The notes below the pieces were generated by a model. That model searched no databases. It was not told the DNA's origin and saw only the letters and a list, made by a program, of their open reading frames with translations. Made by a program: the position numbers and the translations under genes. From Acutalibacteraceae bacterium (lineage in GTDB: Bacteria > Bacillota > Clostridia > Oscillospirales > Acutalibacteraceae), in the NCBI GenBank assembly GCA_045591605.1, contig JAZNTC010000182.1:1-34383 (forward strand): a stretch of 34,383 nucleotides of DNA. Direction: 5' to 3'. This document shows, piece by piece, positions 7,857-16,428 of the stretch (position 1 is the first letter of the stretch; the number at the start of each line of letters is the position of its first letter).

Positions 7857-9822
7857 ACGCACATTGGAAGACCTGCAAAAGCAGTATGCCCGTGCGGCGA
7901 AAACACCGCGCGGCGGCGGATTCGGCCCCGGCCCGGGCGGCGGTAGGCGCGGTCCGCAAATTCAAGGCGGCGGCAAGCCCAAGAGCACGGCAGGCACGGT
8001 GAAACGCCTTGTCGGATTCATTCATCCGTTTCGCTTTCATTTGTTGCTGGTGGTCGTGTGCATGCTGTTCAGCACGGTGGCGGCACTCACCGCATCCTAC
8101 CTCATTTTGCCCATTATCAATCGTTTAAGCGGTGTCGCCACCCTGCCCAAAGACGGCGCGTTTGCGGTGTTGGCGGACACGGTGATCGAACGGTTTGCCG
8201 GGTGGGGTCCCGTCGCCGCCGTGATGCAATCGTCCCCCTTTGCCGCCACCATGACCTATCTTTTGGCGGCGCTGATCATTTTGCTTTCGGTGTATGCGAT
8301 CGGGGTGGTGTCCACCTACGTGCAAAGCCGCTTGATGCTGATGATCTCGCAGGGCGCGGTGGAAAAGATCCGTAACGACCTGTTCCAGAAATTGCAGACC
8401 TTACCCGTGCGGTTTTTCGACCGCAACCCCACGGGCGAAGTGATGAGCCGCTTCACCAACGACGTGGACAACATCGACGTGATGCTCAACCACTCGCTGG
8501 TGCAGTTGGTATCGGGCGCTATCACATTGGTGGGTACGTTTTTGTTCATGATCACCACCAACTGGGTGCTCACGATGGTGACGGTGGTGTTCGTGCCGCT
8601 TTTTGCGTTTGGCGGCGCGGCGATCGGACGGCGCAGCGGCAAATATTACAGTGGTCAGCAAGCCGCGCTCGGTGCGGTGAACGGCTACATTGAAGAAACC
8701 GTTTCGGGACAAAAGGTCATCAAGGTGTTCAACCGTGAAGCGGCGGCAGAGGAAGAGTTTGCCCTGTTGAACGACGACCTGCGCGGCAAGCAACTCAAAG
8801 CGCAGTTTTTCGGCGGCATCATGGGTCCTGTGATGGGCAATCTGTCGCAGGTGAGTTACAGCATCACCATCGGTGTGGGTGCGGTGATGATGGTGGTGGC
8901 AGGGTTCACCCCCGGCGCGCTCACCGTGTTTGCCGGATATTCCCGTCAGTTTTCGCAACCCATCAACACCATTTCCATGCAGATGAGCACCATCTATGCG
9001 GCGCTGGCAGGCGCGGAACGCGTGTTCCGCGTGCTGGACACCGAACCCGAAGCACCCGATGCACCCGATGTGGTGCCGATGCCGCAGATGAAAGGGTTTG
9101 TGGAACTGAAAAACGTCACCTTTGGGTATGATCCCGACAAGGTGATTTTGAAGGATATTTCGCTGTATGCGAAACCGGGACAGAAAATTGCGTTTGTGGG
9201 ATCGACGGGTGCGGGAAAAACCACTGTCACCAATTTGCTCAATCGCTTCTATGATATAGATGAGGGGCAAATTACCATCGACGGCGTGGATATCCAAAAC
9301 ATACCCCGTGCCGATCTGCGCCGCAACATCGCCATGGTGTTGCAAGATACCCATCTGTTCACCGGCACGGTGATGGAAAACATCCGTTACGGGCGGTTGG
9401 ATGCCACCGACGACGAGGTCATTGAAGCCGCCAAGACCGCTTCGGCGCACTCCTTTATCATGCGTCTGTCCGATGGATACCAGACCATGCTGGAAGGGGA
9501 CGGCGCCAACCTGTCGCAAGGGCAACGGCAGTTGTTGAACATCGCCCGTGCGGCGCTTTCCAAAGCCCCCATTCTGGTGTTGGATGAAGCCACCAGTTCG
9601 GTGGATACGCGCACCGAGCGACACATCGAGCACGGTATGGATCGTTTAATGCGCGATCGCACCACCTTTGTGATTGCCCACCGCTTGTCCACCGTGCGCA
9701 ATGCCAACGCCATTATGGTGCTGGAACACGGGCGCATCATCGAGCGCGGCGACCACGAGGATCTGCTCGCGCAGAAAGGGCGGTATTACACCCTTTACAC
9801 GGGTGGTATTGAGCTGGATTGA
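7849..9822 (+). CDS. ABC exporter permease/ATPase, subunit with consensus nucleotide-binding site
   Basis: Walker A GSTGAGKTT, Walker B ILVLDEATSSVD, switch VIAHRL, atypical signature LSQGQRQL. GTG at 7849 is 7 nt after AAAGGAGG and overlaps the upstream stop. Gly-rich N-terminal extension. Confidence 0.85.
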   Translation: MAKRTLEDLQKQYARAAKTPRGGGFGPGPGGGRRGPQIQGGGKPKSTAGTVKRLVGFIHPFRFHLLLVVVCMLFSTVAALTASYLILPIINRLSGVATLPKDGAFAVLADTVIERFAGWGPVAAVMQSSPFAATMTYLLAALIILLSVYAIGVVSTYVQSRLMLMISQGAVEKIRNDLFQKLQTLPVRFFDRNPTGEVMSRFTNDVDNIDVMLNHSLVQLVSGAITLVGTFLFMITTNWVLTMVTVVFVPLFAFGGAAIGRRSGKYYSGQQAALGAVNGYIEETVSGQKVIKVFNREAAAEEEFALLNDDLRGKQLKAQFFGGIMGPVMGNLSQVSYSITIGVGAVMMVVAGFTPGALTVFAGYSRQFSQPINTISMQMSTIYAALAGAERVFRVLDTEPEAPDAPDVVPMPQMKGFVELKNVTFGYDPDKVILKDISLYAKPGQKIAFVGSTGAGKTTVTNLLNRFYDIDEGQITIDGVDIQNIPRADLRRNIAMVLQDTHLFTGTVMENIRYGRLDATDDEVIEAAKTASAHSFIMRLSDGYQTMLEGDGANLSQGQRQLLNIARAALSKAPILVLDEATSSVDTRTERHIEHGMDRLMRDRTTFVIAHRLSTVRNANAIMVLEHGRIIERGDHEDLLAQKGRYYTLYTGGIELD

Positions 9823-9873
9823 GAGTATACGCCGTTTTGTGACCATCTTTTTCAAAAAAGAAGAAAAAACCTC

Positions 9874-9902
9874 TTGCAATTATAAAAGAGATGTGGTATA
9901 GT
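9874..9902 (+). promoter_or_regulatory. Promoter of the ACT-hom-lysC operon: TTGCAA-17-TATAGT with extended -10 (TGgTATAGT)
   Basis: -35 at 9874-9879, -10 at 9897-9902. The leader to the ATG at 9962 is about 55 nt. Confidence 0.65.
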
Positions 9903-9961
9903 GTAAGCCACGACAACACAACTGTCCGCGAACAGCGCACAGTTTGGCAGGAGGTGACCGT

Positions 9962-10417
9962 ATGGGCGAAACAACAGGCGGCGGACGGCTGCTGGTGGTG
10001 GATACCCGTGCGTTACCGGACGTGTTTGAACGGGTGTTGGTGGCCAAAAAGTTGCTGTCCACGGGGGAGGTTTCCTCCGCTTCGGAGGCGGCGCGGCAAG
10101 CGGGCATTTCGCGCACCGCGTTTTATAAATACCGCGACATGGTGTTTCCGTACGAGGTGTCGGCAACGCAGGGCGAACTGCTTACGGTGCACGTGTTGTT
10201 GAACGATCGGCCGGGAGTGCTGTCCGCCTTGCTCACCGCGTTTGCGCAAGCAGGGGCGAACATCCTCACCGTCAACCAGAATATTCCGGTGGGCGGTGCG
10301 GCCACCGTGTCGGTCACGGCGCGGTGCGATCGCTTGGAAGTTTCCACCGAAACCTTTTTGTTCAACTTGGCGGCAACGCCGGGCGTGAAACGGATATTAC
10401 GCATCAACAGCGAATAG
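9962..10417 (+). CDS. UPF0735-type ACT-domain protein (PheB-like)
   Basis: N-terminal HTH-like segment (SSASEAARQAGISRTAFYKYRD) followed by an ACT fold (LLTVHVLLNDRPGVLSALLTAFAQAGANILTVNQ). ATG at 9962 is 5 nt after AGGAGGTG. Confidence 0.75.
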   Translation: MGETTGGGRLLVVDTRALPDVFERVLVAKKLLSTGEVSSASEAARQAGISRTAFYKYRDMVFPYEVSATQGELLTVHVLLNDRPGVLSALLTAFAQAGANILTVNQNIPVGGAATVSVTARCDRLEVSTETFLFNLAATPGVKRILRINSE

Positions 10418-10430
10418 GAGGATATACATA

Positions 10431-11663
10431 ATGATTTACGTGGCAATTATGGGGCACGGCGTGGTCGGCTCGGGCGTGGCGGAAGTGTTGCGCAGGAATG
10501 CCGAAAGCATCGCTCACAAAGCGGGCGAGGAGATCGCCGTTCGCCGCATTTTGGATTTGCGGGAATTTCCCGACTTGCCGTATGCCGATCTGTTCACCAA
10601 GGATTTCGAGGAGATCGTGAACGATCCCGACATCCGCATCGTGGTGGAAACGATGGGCGGTTTGAATCCGGCATACGGATTCGTGAAGCGTTGCTTGGAA
10701 TCGGGCAAAAGCGTGGTTACCTCCAACAAGGAGTTGGTGGCGACGAAAGGCGACGAATTGCTGGCGCTGGCACGGGAACGCAACCTGAACTTCCTGTTCG
10801 AAGCGAGTGTGGGCGGCGGTATTCCGATTTTGCGCCCGTTGGATCAGTGTTTGGCGGCAAACGAAGTGACCGAGATCGCCGGCATTTTGAACGGTACCAC
10901 CAACTTTATGCTCACGCGGATGATTGAGGACGGCATGTCGTTTGAAGATGCGCTGTCGCTGGCGCAGGAACTCGGCTATGCCGAGCGTGATCCTTCCGCC
11001 GACGTGGGCGGTCACGATGCCTGCCGCAAAATCTGCATTTTGGCGGCATTGGCGTTTGGTAAGCACGTGTTCCCCGAGCAGGTGTACACCGAAGGTATCA
11101 CCGCGATCACGGGCGAGGACGTGCGCACCGCGGCGGCGATGGACAGCGTGATTAAACTGATCGGTCGTGCGGTGAAGCAAGAGGACGGTCGCTTGTATGC
11201 GGTGGTCGCCCCGATGGTGATTGCCAAAAGCAGTCTGCTGTCGGATGTGAACGACGTGTTCAACGGCATTATGGTGCGCGGTGACGCTATCGGCGACGTG
11301 GTGTTCTACGGCCGCGGCGCAGGCAAACTGCCCACCGCCAGCGCGGTGGTGGCGGATGTCATCGACGAAGTGAAACACCTGAAAGCGCGCAAATATCTGT
11401 TCTGGGAATCGGGTTACGAAGGGTATGTGATCCCGTATGAGCAGGGCGCGGTGCAGATGCTTATCCGTGTGGAGAACACGGCGGATGCGGCCGAGAAAAT
11501 TGCGGCGGCATTCGGCGAGGTGACGGTGGTTGAAGGCGAAGGCGTGCCGCGCAGCGAGTGTGCGTTTGTCACCCCCGTTATGGCGGAAGCGGCGCTGAAT
11601 GAAGCGCTTTCGGCGAGCGGTCTTTCGGTGAAGAGTCGGTTGCGCGTGGCGCAACTCGGTTAA
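10431..11663 (+). CDS. hom: Homoserine dehydrogenase
   Basis: N-terminal IMGHGVVGSGV Rossmann motif, central catalytic-domain similarity (TSNKELVA..., GILNGTTNFML), C-terminal ACT-like region. AGGAGG SD. Confidence 0.9.
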   Translation: MIYVAIMGHGVVGSGVAEVLRRNAESIAHKAGEEIAVRRILDLREFPDLPYADLFTKDFEEIVNDPDIRIVVETMGGLNPAYGFVKRCLESGKSVVTSNKELVATKGDELLALARERNLNFLFEASVGGGIPILRPLDQCLAANEVTEIAGILNGTTNFMLTRMIEDGMSFEDALSLAQELGYAERDPSADVGGHDACRKICILAALAFGKHVFPEQVYTEGITAITGEDVRTAAAMDSVIKLIGRAVKQEDGRLYAVVAPMVIAKSSLLSDVNDVFNGIMVRGDAIGDVVFYGRGAGKLPTASAVVADVIDEVKHLKARKYLFWESGYEGYVIPYEQGAVQMLIRVENTADAAEKIAAAFGEVTVVEGEGVPRSECAFVTPVMAEAALNEALSASGLSVKSRLRVAQLG

Positions 11664-11682
11664 GGTAAGGAGAGTACGTAGT

Positions 11683-12891
11683 ATGTTGATTGTCAAGAAA
11701 TTCGGCGGCAGCTCGGTGGCGAATGCCGAGCGCGTATTCAATGTCGCGCGTATCATCACCGATACGTATAAAGAAGGCAACGACGTCGTCGTGGTCGTGT
11801 CCGCACAGGGCGACACCACCGACGATCTGATTGAAAAGGCGAAAGAGATCACCGCCCGTCCGAACAAGCGCGAGATGGATCAGTTGCTTGCCGCCGGTGA
11901 GCAGATTTCCATTGCGTTGCTCGCCATGGCGATCGGCGAACTCGGTTGCCCCGTGGTGTCGTTGCTCGGCTGGCAGGCAGGGTTCCGCACCAACACCACC
12001 TATTCTGCCGCGCGCATCAAGCGTGTGGAAACCGAGCGGATTCGCAGCGAATTGGAAAAGAAGCGCATCGTGGTGGTGGCAGGCTTCCAAGGCATCAACC
12101 GCAACGACGACATCACCACCTTTGGTCGTGGCGGTTCAGACACCAGCGCGGTGGCGATCGCCGCATCGATGAAAGCGGATCTCTGCCAGATCTACACCGA
12201 CGTGGAAGGCGTGTACACCGCCGATCCGCGCAAGGTGGCGAACACGCGCAAACTCGATGAGATCACCTATGACGAAATGTTGGAACTGGCGACCCTCGGT
12301 GCGCAGGTGCTCAACAACCGTTCGGTGGAAATGGCGAAGAAGTACAACGTGGAGATGGAAGTTCTCTCCAGTTTGAATCCGGTGCCCGGCACCAAAGTTA
12401 AGGAGGCTACGAATATGGAAAAAATGATGATCAGCAGTGTGGCAAAGGATGTGCACGTGGCGCGTGTTATGATCGTGGGTATCCCCGACGAGCCGGGTAT
12501 CGCGTTTAAGATTTTCTCTCGCGTGGCGCAGGCGCATATCAACGTGGATATGATCCTGCAGTCGGTGGGTCGCGACGGCACCAAGGATATCACCTTCACC
12601 GTGCCGGAAGATTGCGGCGAGGCGGCTGTGGCGGCTTTGCAGGAATATGCCGATCGTGTGGGCGCAAAGAGCCTGACCTTCGACACCACCACCGCGAAAG
12701 TGTCGGTCGTGGGTGCCGGCATGGAAACGCACGAAGGCGTGGCGGCGAAAATGTTCGAAGCGCTGTCCGAAAAGAACATCAACATCGAAATGATCTCCAC
12801 CAGTGAGATTAAGGTGTCGGTGCTGATTGCGGCGGAAGATGCGGATCGCGCCGTGGCGGCAGTTCACGCAAAATTCTTCGACGAAATGTAA
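11683..12891 (+). CDS. lysC: Aspartate kinase (alpha chain)
   Basis: MLIVKKFGGSSVANAERV..., GRGGSDTSAVAIAA, two C-terminal ACT domains. Confidence 0.92.
   Translation: MLIVKKFGGSSVANAERVFNVARIITDTYKEGNDVVVVVSAQGDTTDDLIEKAKEITARPNKREMDQLLAAGEQISIALLAMAIGELGCPVVSLLGWQAGFRTNTTYSAARIKRVETERIRSELEKKRIVVVAGFQGINRNDDITTFGRGGSDTSAVAIAASMKADLCQIYTDVEGVYTADPRKVANTRKLDEITYDEMLELATLGAQVLNNRSVEMAKKYNVEMEVLSSLNPVPGTKVKEATNMEKMMISSVAKDVHVARVMIVGIPDEPGIAFKIFSRVAQAHINVDMILQSVGRDGTKDITFTVPEDCGEAAVAALQEYADRVGAKSLTFDTTTAKVSVVGAGMETHEGVAAKMFEALSEKNINIEMISTSEIKVSVLIAAEDADRAVAAVHAKFFDEM
12415..12891 (+). CDS. lysC: Nested in-frame aspartate kinase beta subunit (ACT domains only)
   Basis: In-frame ATG at 12415 (MEKMMISSV...) is 8 nt downstream of a perfect AAGGAGG (12400-12406) inside lysC. 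Matches the overlapping alpha/beta gene arrangement known for Bacillus- and Corynebacterium-type aspartokinases. Confidence 0.5.
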   Translation: MEKMMISSVAKDVHVARVMIVGIPDEPGIAFKIFSRVAQAHINVDMILQSVGRDGTKDITFTVPEDCGEAAVAALQEYADRVGAKSLTFDTTTAKVSVVGAGMETHEGVAAKMFEALSEKNINIEMISTSEIKVSVLIAAEDADRAVAAVHAKFFDEM

Positions 12892-12921
12892 TGTGAAACC
12901 GTACACAGAAAACGGCAAAAG

Positions 12922-12968
12922 ACGAGGCACGGTGTGTTTTGAACACACACCGCGCCTCGTTTGTTTAT
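12922..12968 (+). terminator. Rho-independent terminator of the hom-lysC operon
   Basis: ACGAGGC-a-CGGTGTGT (12922-12937) pairs with ACACACCG-c-GCCTCGT (12945-12960), followed by TTGTTTAT. Confidence 0.75.
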
Positions 12969-12979
12969 CGCATTAAAAA

Positions 12980-13018
12980 GTAGGGACGGGTGTCCCCACC
13001 CGTCCGCAGGATATTCGC
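12980..13018 (+). repeat. 39-nt dispersed hairpin repeat, copy A (GGACGGGTG-TCCC-CACCCGTCC core)
   Basis: 36/39 identical to the reverse complement of 30362-30400. Lies between the convergent genes lysC and rsmB/F-like. Confidence 0.8.
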
Positions 13019-13054
13019 TGTTGACGCAAGGATGCCCTTGCGGTGGGGCTTCTT

Positions 13055-14404
13055 TTATGTCCGCAAGCCTTTGGGATAGCGGTTTTTCAGCGTGCCGTTT
13101 ACGGCTTTCCCAAAACCTACCACCGCGCCGTCAACCGCCACGGCAGCCCAGCCGTTAAGCAACGGGTCACAAGGAATGGTTTCGCCGTGCAGAAAGGCGG
13201 CCAACACAGGATCGTCGGGGGATAACACGTGCACACGGCGACAATTTTCTGCCTGTGCGGCGGCGAATATGCTGTGGGAAGGCTCTAACCGATTTTTGCA
13301 GATCTCTGCCACCGCCACCCCTGCCGCCAGCAGATGCAACGACGTGGCAGGCATGGTGGGGGGCAACAGTCGCACCGTATCGCCCACCGTCACAAAGGTG
13401 CCGCGCGGTTCGTCCGCAAAGAGTTCACGGTACAGCGTCGCGGCTTCGGCAGCGTGGAGGTCTTTCTTGGGGGGCACATAAGGGGAAACCGCAACGGGGC
13501 TGTCCCCCTTTTTGTGAAACAAGGCGAGAAAATGCCCTTCGCCGCCGTGTTGCGGCAAGATGCGCCGCCCTGCCGCCGAGGGGAATGTGTCACACAACGG
13601 GAACGCCGCTTGCCCAAACGGCAGGTGGGTAAGATCACCCGGCTCAAAACCGGGGTGGGTTTCCAAAAACCATGCCGCGTTTTGCTCGTTTTCTTCGGGG
13701 GCAAAGGTGCAGGTGGAATAGAGCAGGCGACCGCCGGGGCGCAGGGCACGGGCGGCGGCATCCAAAATGGTGCGTTGCCGCGCGGCACACAACTGCACAT
13801 TATCCAAACTCCATTCGCGCAGGGCGGCTTCCTCCTTGCGGAACATGCCTTCGCCCGAGCAGGGGGCATCGCACAGCACCGCATCAAACGCGCCTTCCAG
13901 TGCGTCCGCCAACACGGCGGTATCCAGTGAGGTGACCACTGCATTGCGCACACCGCACCGTTCCAGATTCTGCATCAACGGGGTGGCGCGTGCACGCACG
14001 TATTCGTTGCACCACAGCAATCCTTCGCCGCCGAGCGCGGCGGCGATCTGGGTGGATTTGCCGCCGGGGGCGGCGCACAGATCCAACACCCTCTCCCCTG
14101 CCTGCGGCGCCAATGCCGTCACCGCCGACATGGCCGACGGTTCTTGCCGATAATATACCCCTGCATGGTGCAGAGGGTCGTCGCCTGCTTTGCGATCGCT
14201 TTGCAGGGCATACCCGAGCGGCGCAAAGAGGGTGGGCGCGATCTCGTCCCCCAGCAATTCACGGGCACGGGCAGGATCTAACTTCAAGGGGTTTAATCGC
14301 AATCCGCGCGAGGGGGCATCTTTTTGGAATGCGGTGGCAAAGGCATCGTATTCCTCGCCGAGCAGGGCGCGCATACGCGCTTTGAATTCCTTGGGAAATT
14401 CCAT
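13055..14404 (-). CDS. RsmB/RsmF-family RNA cytosine-C5 methyltransferase (NOL1/NOP2/Sun)
   Basis: LCAAPGGKSTQIA SAM-binding motif, DAPCSGEGMFRK and LLYSTCTF catalytic Cys motifs. Start is ATG 14404 (MEFPKEF) or ATG 14413. Confidence 0.85.
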   Translation of the reverse strand: MEFPKEFKARMRALLGEEYDAFATAFQKDAPSRGLRLNPLKLDPARARELLGDEIAPTLFAPLGYALQSDRKAGDDPLHHAGVYYRQEPSAMSAVTALAPQAGERVLDLCAAPGGKSTQIAAALGGEGLLWCNEYVRARATPLMQNLERCGVRNAVVTSLDTAVLADALEGAFDAVLCDAPCSGEGMFRKEEAALREWSLDNVQLCAARQRTILDAAARALRPGGRLLYSTCTFAPEENEQNAAWFLETHPGFEPGDLTHLPFGQAAFPLCDTFPSAAGRRILPQHGGEGHFLALFHKKGDSPVAVSPYVPPKKDLHAAEAATLYRELFADEPRGTFVTVGDTVRLLPPTMPATSLHLLAAGVAVAEICKNRLEPSHSIFAAAQAENCRRVHVLSPDDPVLAAFLHGETIPCDPLLNGWAAVAVDGAVVGFGKAVNGTLKNRYPKGLRT

Positions 14405-14420
14405 GTGGGACATCCTTTCC

Positions 14421-14456
14421 GAAAAAACACGGGCGAGGTGTTCCCCGCCCGTGTTT
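14421..14456 (-). terminator. Terminator-like hairpin after transketolase, directly abutting the rsmB/F-like SD
   Basis: Minus strand: AACACGGGCG (rc of 14446-14455), 10-nt loop, CGCCCGTGTT (rc of 14426-14435), then TTTTTT, followed immediately by GGAAAGG and the ATG. Confidence 0.65.
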
Positions 14457-14463
14457 CGGTCGT

Positions 14464-15411
14464 TTACTTTTTCAGAGTCAACGCTTCGCGCACTTTTTTA
14501 ACGATCGCGTCTGCCGACAAACCGAACAGCGGCAACAGGTCGAGTGCCGGGCCGGATTTGCCGAAGGTGTCTTGCACACCCACGCGCAACACGGGAACGG
14601 GGCACTTTTCGGCCACGGCTTCCGCCACGGCACTGCCCAAACCGCCAATGATGTTGTGTTCTTCGGCGGTGACGATCGCGCCCGTTTCGGCGGCGGCTTG
14701 CCACACCAATTCGCGGTCGAGCGGCTTGATGGTTGCCATGTTGATCACACGGGCGGCAATCCCTTCGGCGGCAAGGATATCCGCCGCTTTCAGCGCTTCG
14801 CCGAGCAACAGACCGTTTGCAATGATCGCCACGTCGTTGCCTTCACGCAAGGTTACACCCTTGCCGATTTCAAATTTGTAATCCGACGGGGTGACGTTTT
14901 CCACCGCCAAGCGCCCAAAGCGCAGATACACAGGACCTTCCATCGCGGCGGCGGCAAACACCGCCTGTGTGGCTTCGTTGTCGTCGGCAGGGGAAATGAT
15001 GGTCATGCCGGGAATGGTGCGCATCAGTGCAATATCCTCACAGCACTGGTGGGTCGCACCGTCCTCGCCCACCGAAATACCGGCATGGGTCGCACCGATT
15101 TTCACGTTCAGGTGCGGATAGCCGATGGAGTTGCGGATCTGTTCGAACGCACGACCGGCGGCAAACATCGCAAAAGAGGAGGCAAACACCACCTTGCCGG
15201 TGGTGGCGAGACCTGCCGCAATGCTCATCATATTGCCTTCCGCAATGCCGCAATCGAAGAAACGGTCGGGGAATGCTTTTTTGAAACCGCCCGTTTTGGT
15301 GGCGGCGGCGAGGTCGGCATCCAGCACCACCAGGTTGGGCATGCTCTCGCCCAACGCGACCAGTACTGCGCCATAGGAGTCACGGGTTGCTTTTTTCACT
15401 ACGTCTGCCAT
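14464..15411 (-). CDS. tkt: Transketolase, C-terminal (pyrimidine-binding) subunit
   Basis: MADVVKKATRDSYG..., FFDCGIAEGNMMSIAAGLA, EDGATHQ. ATG at 15411 is 5 nt after the upstream stop. Confidence 0.9.
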   Translation of the reverse strand: MADVVKKATRDSYGAVLVALGESMPNLVVLDADLAAATKTGGFKKAFPDRFFDCGIAEGNMMSIAAGLATTGKVVFASSFAMFAAGRAFEQIRNSIGYPHLNVKIGATHAGISVGEDGATHQCCEDIALMRTIPGMTIISPADDNEATQAVFAAAAMEGPVYLRFGRLAVENVTPSDYKFEIGKGVTLREGNDVAIIANGLLLGEALKAADILAAEGIAARVINMATIKPLDRELVWQAAAETGAIVTAEEHNIIGGLGSAVAEAVAEKCPVPVLRVGVQDTFGKSGPALDLLPLFGLSADAIVKKVREALTLKK

Positions 15412-15415
15412 GATC

Positions 15416-16258
15416 TCAACCCTCCAATTCCGCAAGGCGTGCGCTCAGTTCCGCCATCGCCGCATCGTACTGTTCTTTGTTCGGTGCACTGCCGTGCCAA
15501 CCCACCTGGTTTTCCATGAAGGAAACACCCTTGCCTTTGGTGGTGCGCATAATAATGGCGGTGGGCTGACCTTTGGTGGAGCGTGCGCCCGAAAACGCCA
15601 TTTCCAACTGGTCAAAATCGTGGCCATCCACCACGATCACGCGGAACCCGAATGCCGCAAACTTTTCCGGAATGGGATGCGGATTGTTCACTTCGCGCAC
15701 CGTACCGTCGATTTGCAGGTCGTTGTTATCCACAATCACGCACAGGTTGTCCAGCCCTTTGGCCGCCGCAAACATGGCGGCTTCCCACACCTGACCTTCT
15801 TGAATCTCACCGTCGCCCAGAATGGAGTACACGCGATAATCCGCGCCGTCCAGCTTGCCGCCGAGTGCCATGCCGACCGCCGCCGAAACGCCCTGACCGA
15901 GCGAGCCGGAGGACATATCCACACCGGGGGTGCCCTTCATGTCGGGGTGTCCTTGCAACATCGCACCGATGTGGCGGAGGTTTTGAATCTCTGCACGGTC
16001 AAAATAGCCTTTTTCCGCCAGAGCGCCGTATAGCGCCGGTGCGGCGTGACCCTTGGAAAGCACCACACGGTCACGGGAAGGGTCTTTGGGATGTTTGGGA
16101 TCCACCTTCATTTCCTTCCAGTATAAGTACGTCAGCACGTCCGCAATGGAAAGCGAGCCGCCGGGGTGACCGCTTTTTGCATGGAACGTGCCCTCGATAA
16201 TGTCCATGCGGATACGAGTCGCTGTTGCCGCAAGACAAGTCTTTTCACGTGTGTCCAT
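15416..16258 (-). CDS. tkt: Transketolase, N-terminal (ThDP-binding) subunit
   Basis: SGHPGGSLSIADVL, LGDGEIQEGQVWEA. ATG at 16258 (MDTREK) is 9 nt after GGAGG. The track start at 16267 is a TTG abutting the SD. Confidence 0.9.
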   Translation of the reverse strand: MDTREKTCLAATATRIRMDIIEGTFHAKSGHPGGSLSIADVLTYLYWKEMKVDPKHPKDPSRDRVVLSKGHAAPALYGALAEKGYFDRAEIQNLRHIGAMLQGHPDMKGTPGVDMSSGSLGQGVSAAVGMALGGKLDGADYRVYSILGDGEIQEGQVWEAAMFAAAKGLDNLCVIVDNNDLQIDGTVREVNNPHPIPEKFAAFGFRVIVVDGHDFDQLEMAFSGARSTKGQPTAIIMRTTKGKGVSFMENQVGWHGSAPNKEQYDAAMAELSARLAELEG

Positions 16259-16367
16259 TACATACAACCTCCATGTTCGGTGATTACTTGTTCAGTATAC
16301 CATACCTCTTTCAAAAAAGGAAGAGCAAACCCGTAAAAATCGCGCGTTTTTTTACAAAAACCGACTC

Positions 16368-16396
16368 TTTACAATCGCCGCGGTTTCTGCTATACT
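16368..16396 (+). promoter_or_regulatory. Promoter of the CPBP-tadA operon: TTTACA-17-TATACT
   Basis: -35 at 16368-16373, -10 at 16391-16396. Confidence 0.6.
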
Positions 16397-16428
16397 AAAA
16401 GGCATTGAAAAGGAAAGGAGGTCGGGAT

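Noticed and set aside
9823-9961. Possible T-box, lysine or SAM riboswitch upstream of the hom-lysC operon.
   Set aside because: The predicted promoter leaves a leader of only about 55 nt, far shorter than those elements. I found no specifier/T-box or riboswitch core motifs.
10404-11867. 487-aa ORF antisense to hom/lysC. Similar long antisense or off-frame ORFs: 31494-33122, 16390-17577, 8401-9633, 6615-7862, 21750-22646, 22600-23658, 1683-2876, 4761-5603, 12136-12948, 14572-15519, 24213-25145, 27434-28258.
   Set aside because: They are Arg/His/Gly/Gln-rich low-complexity translations typical of the non-coding frames of GC-rich DNA. They have no SD at their starts and each lies fully opposite or out of frame to a gene with clear family motifs.
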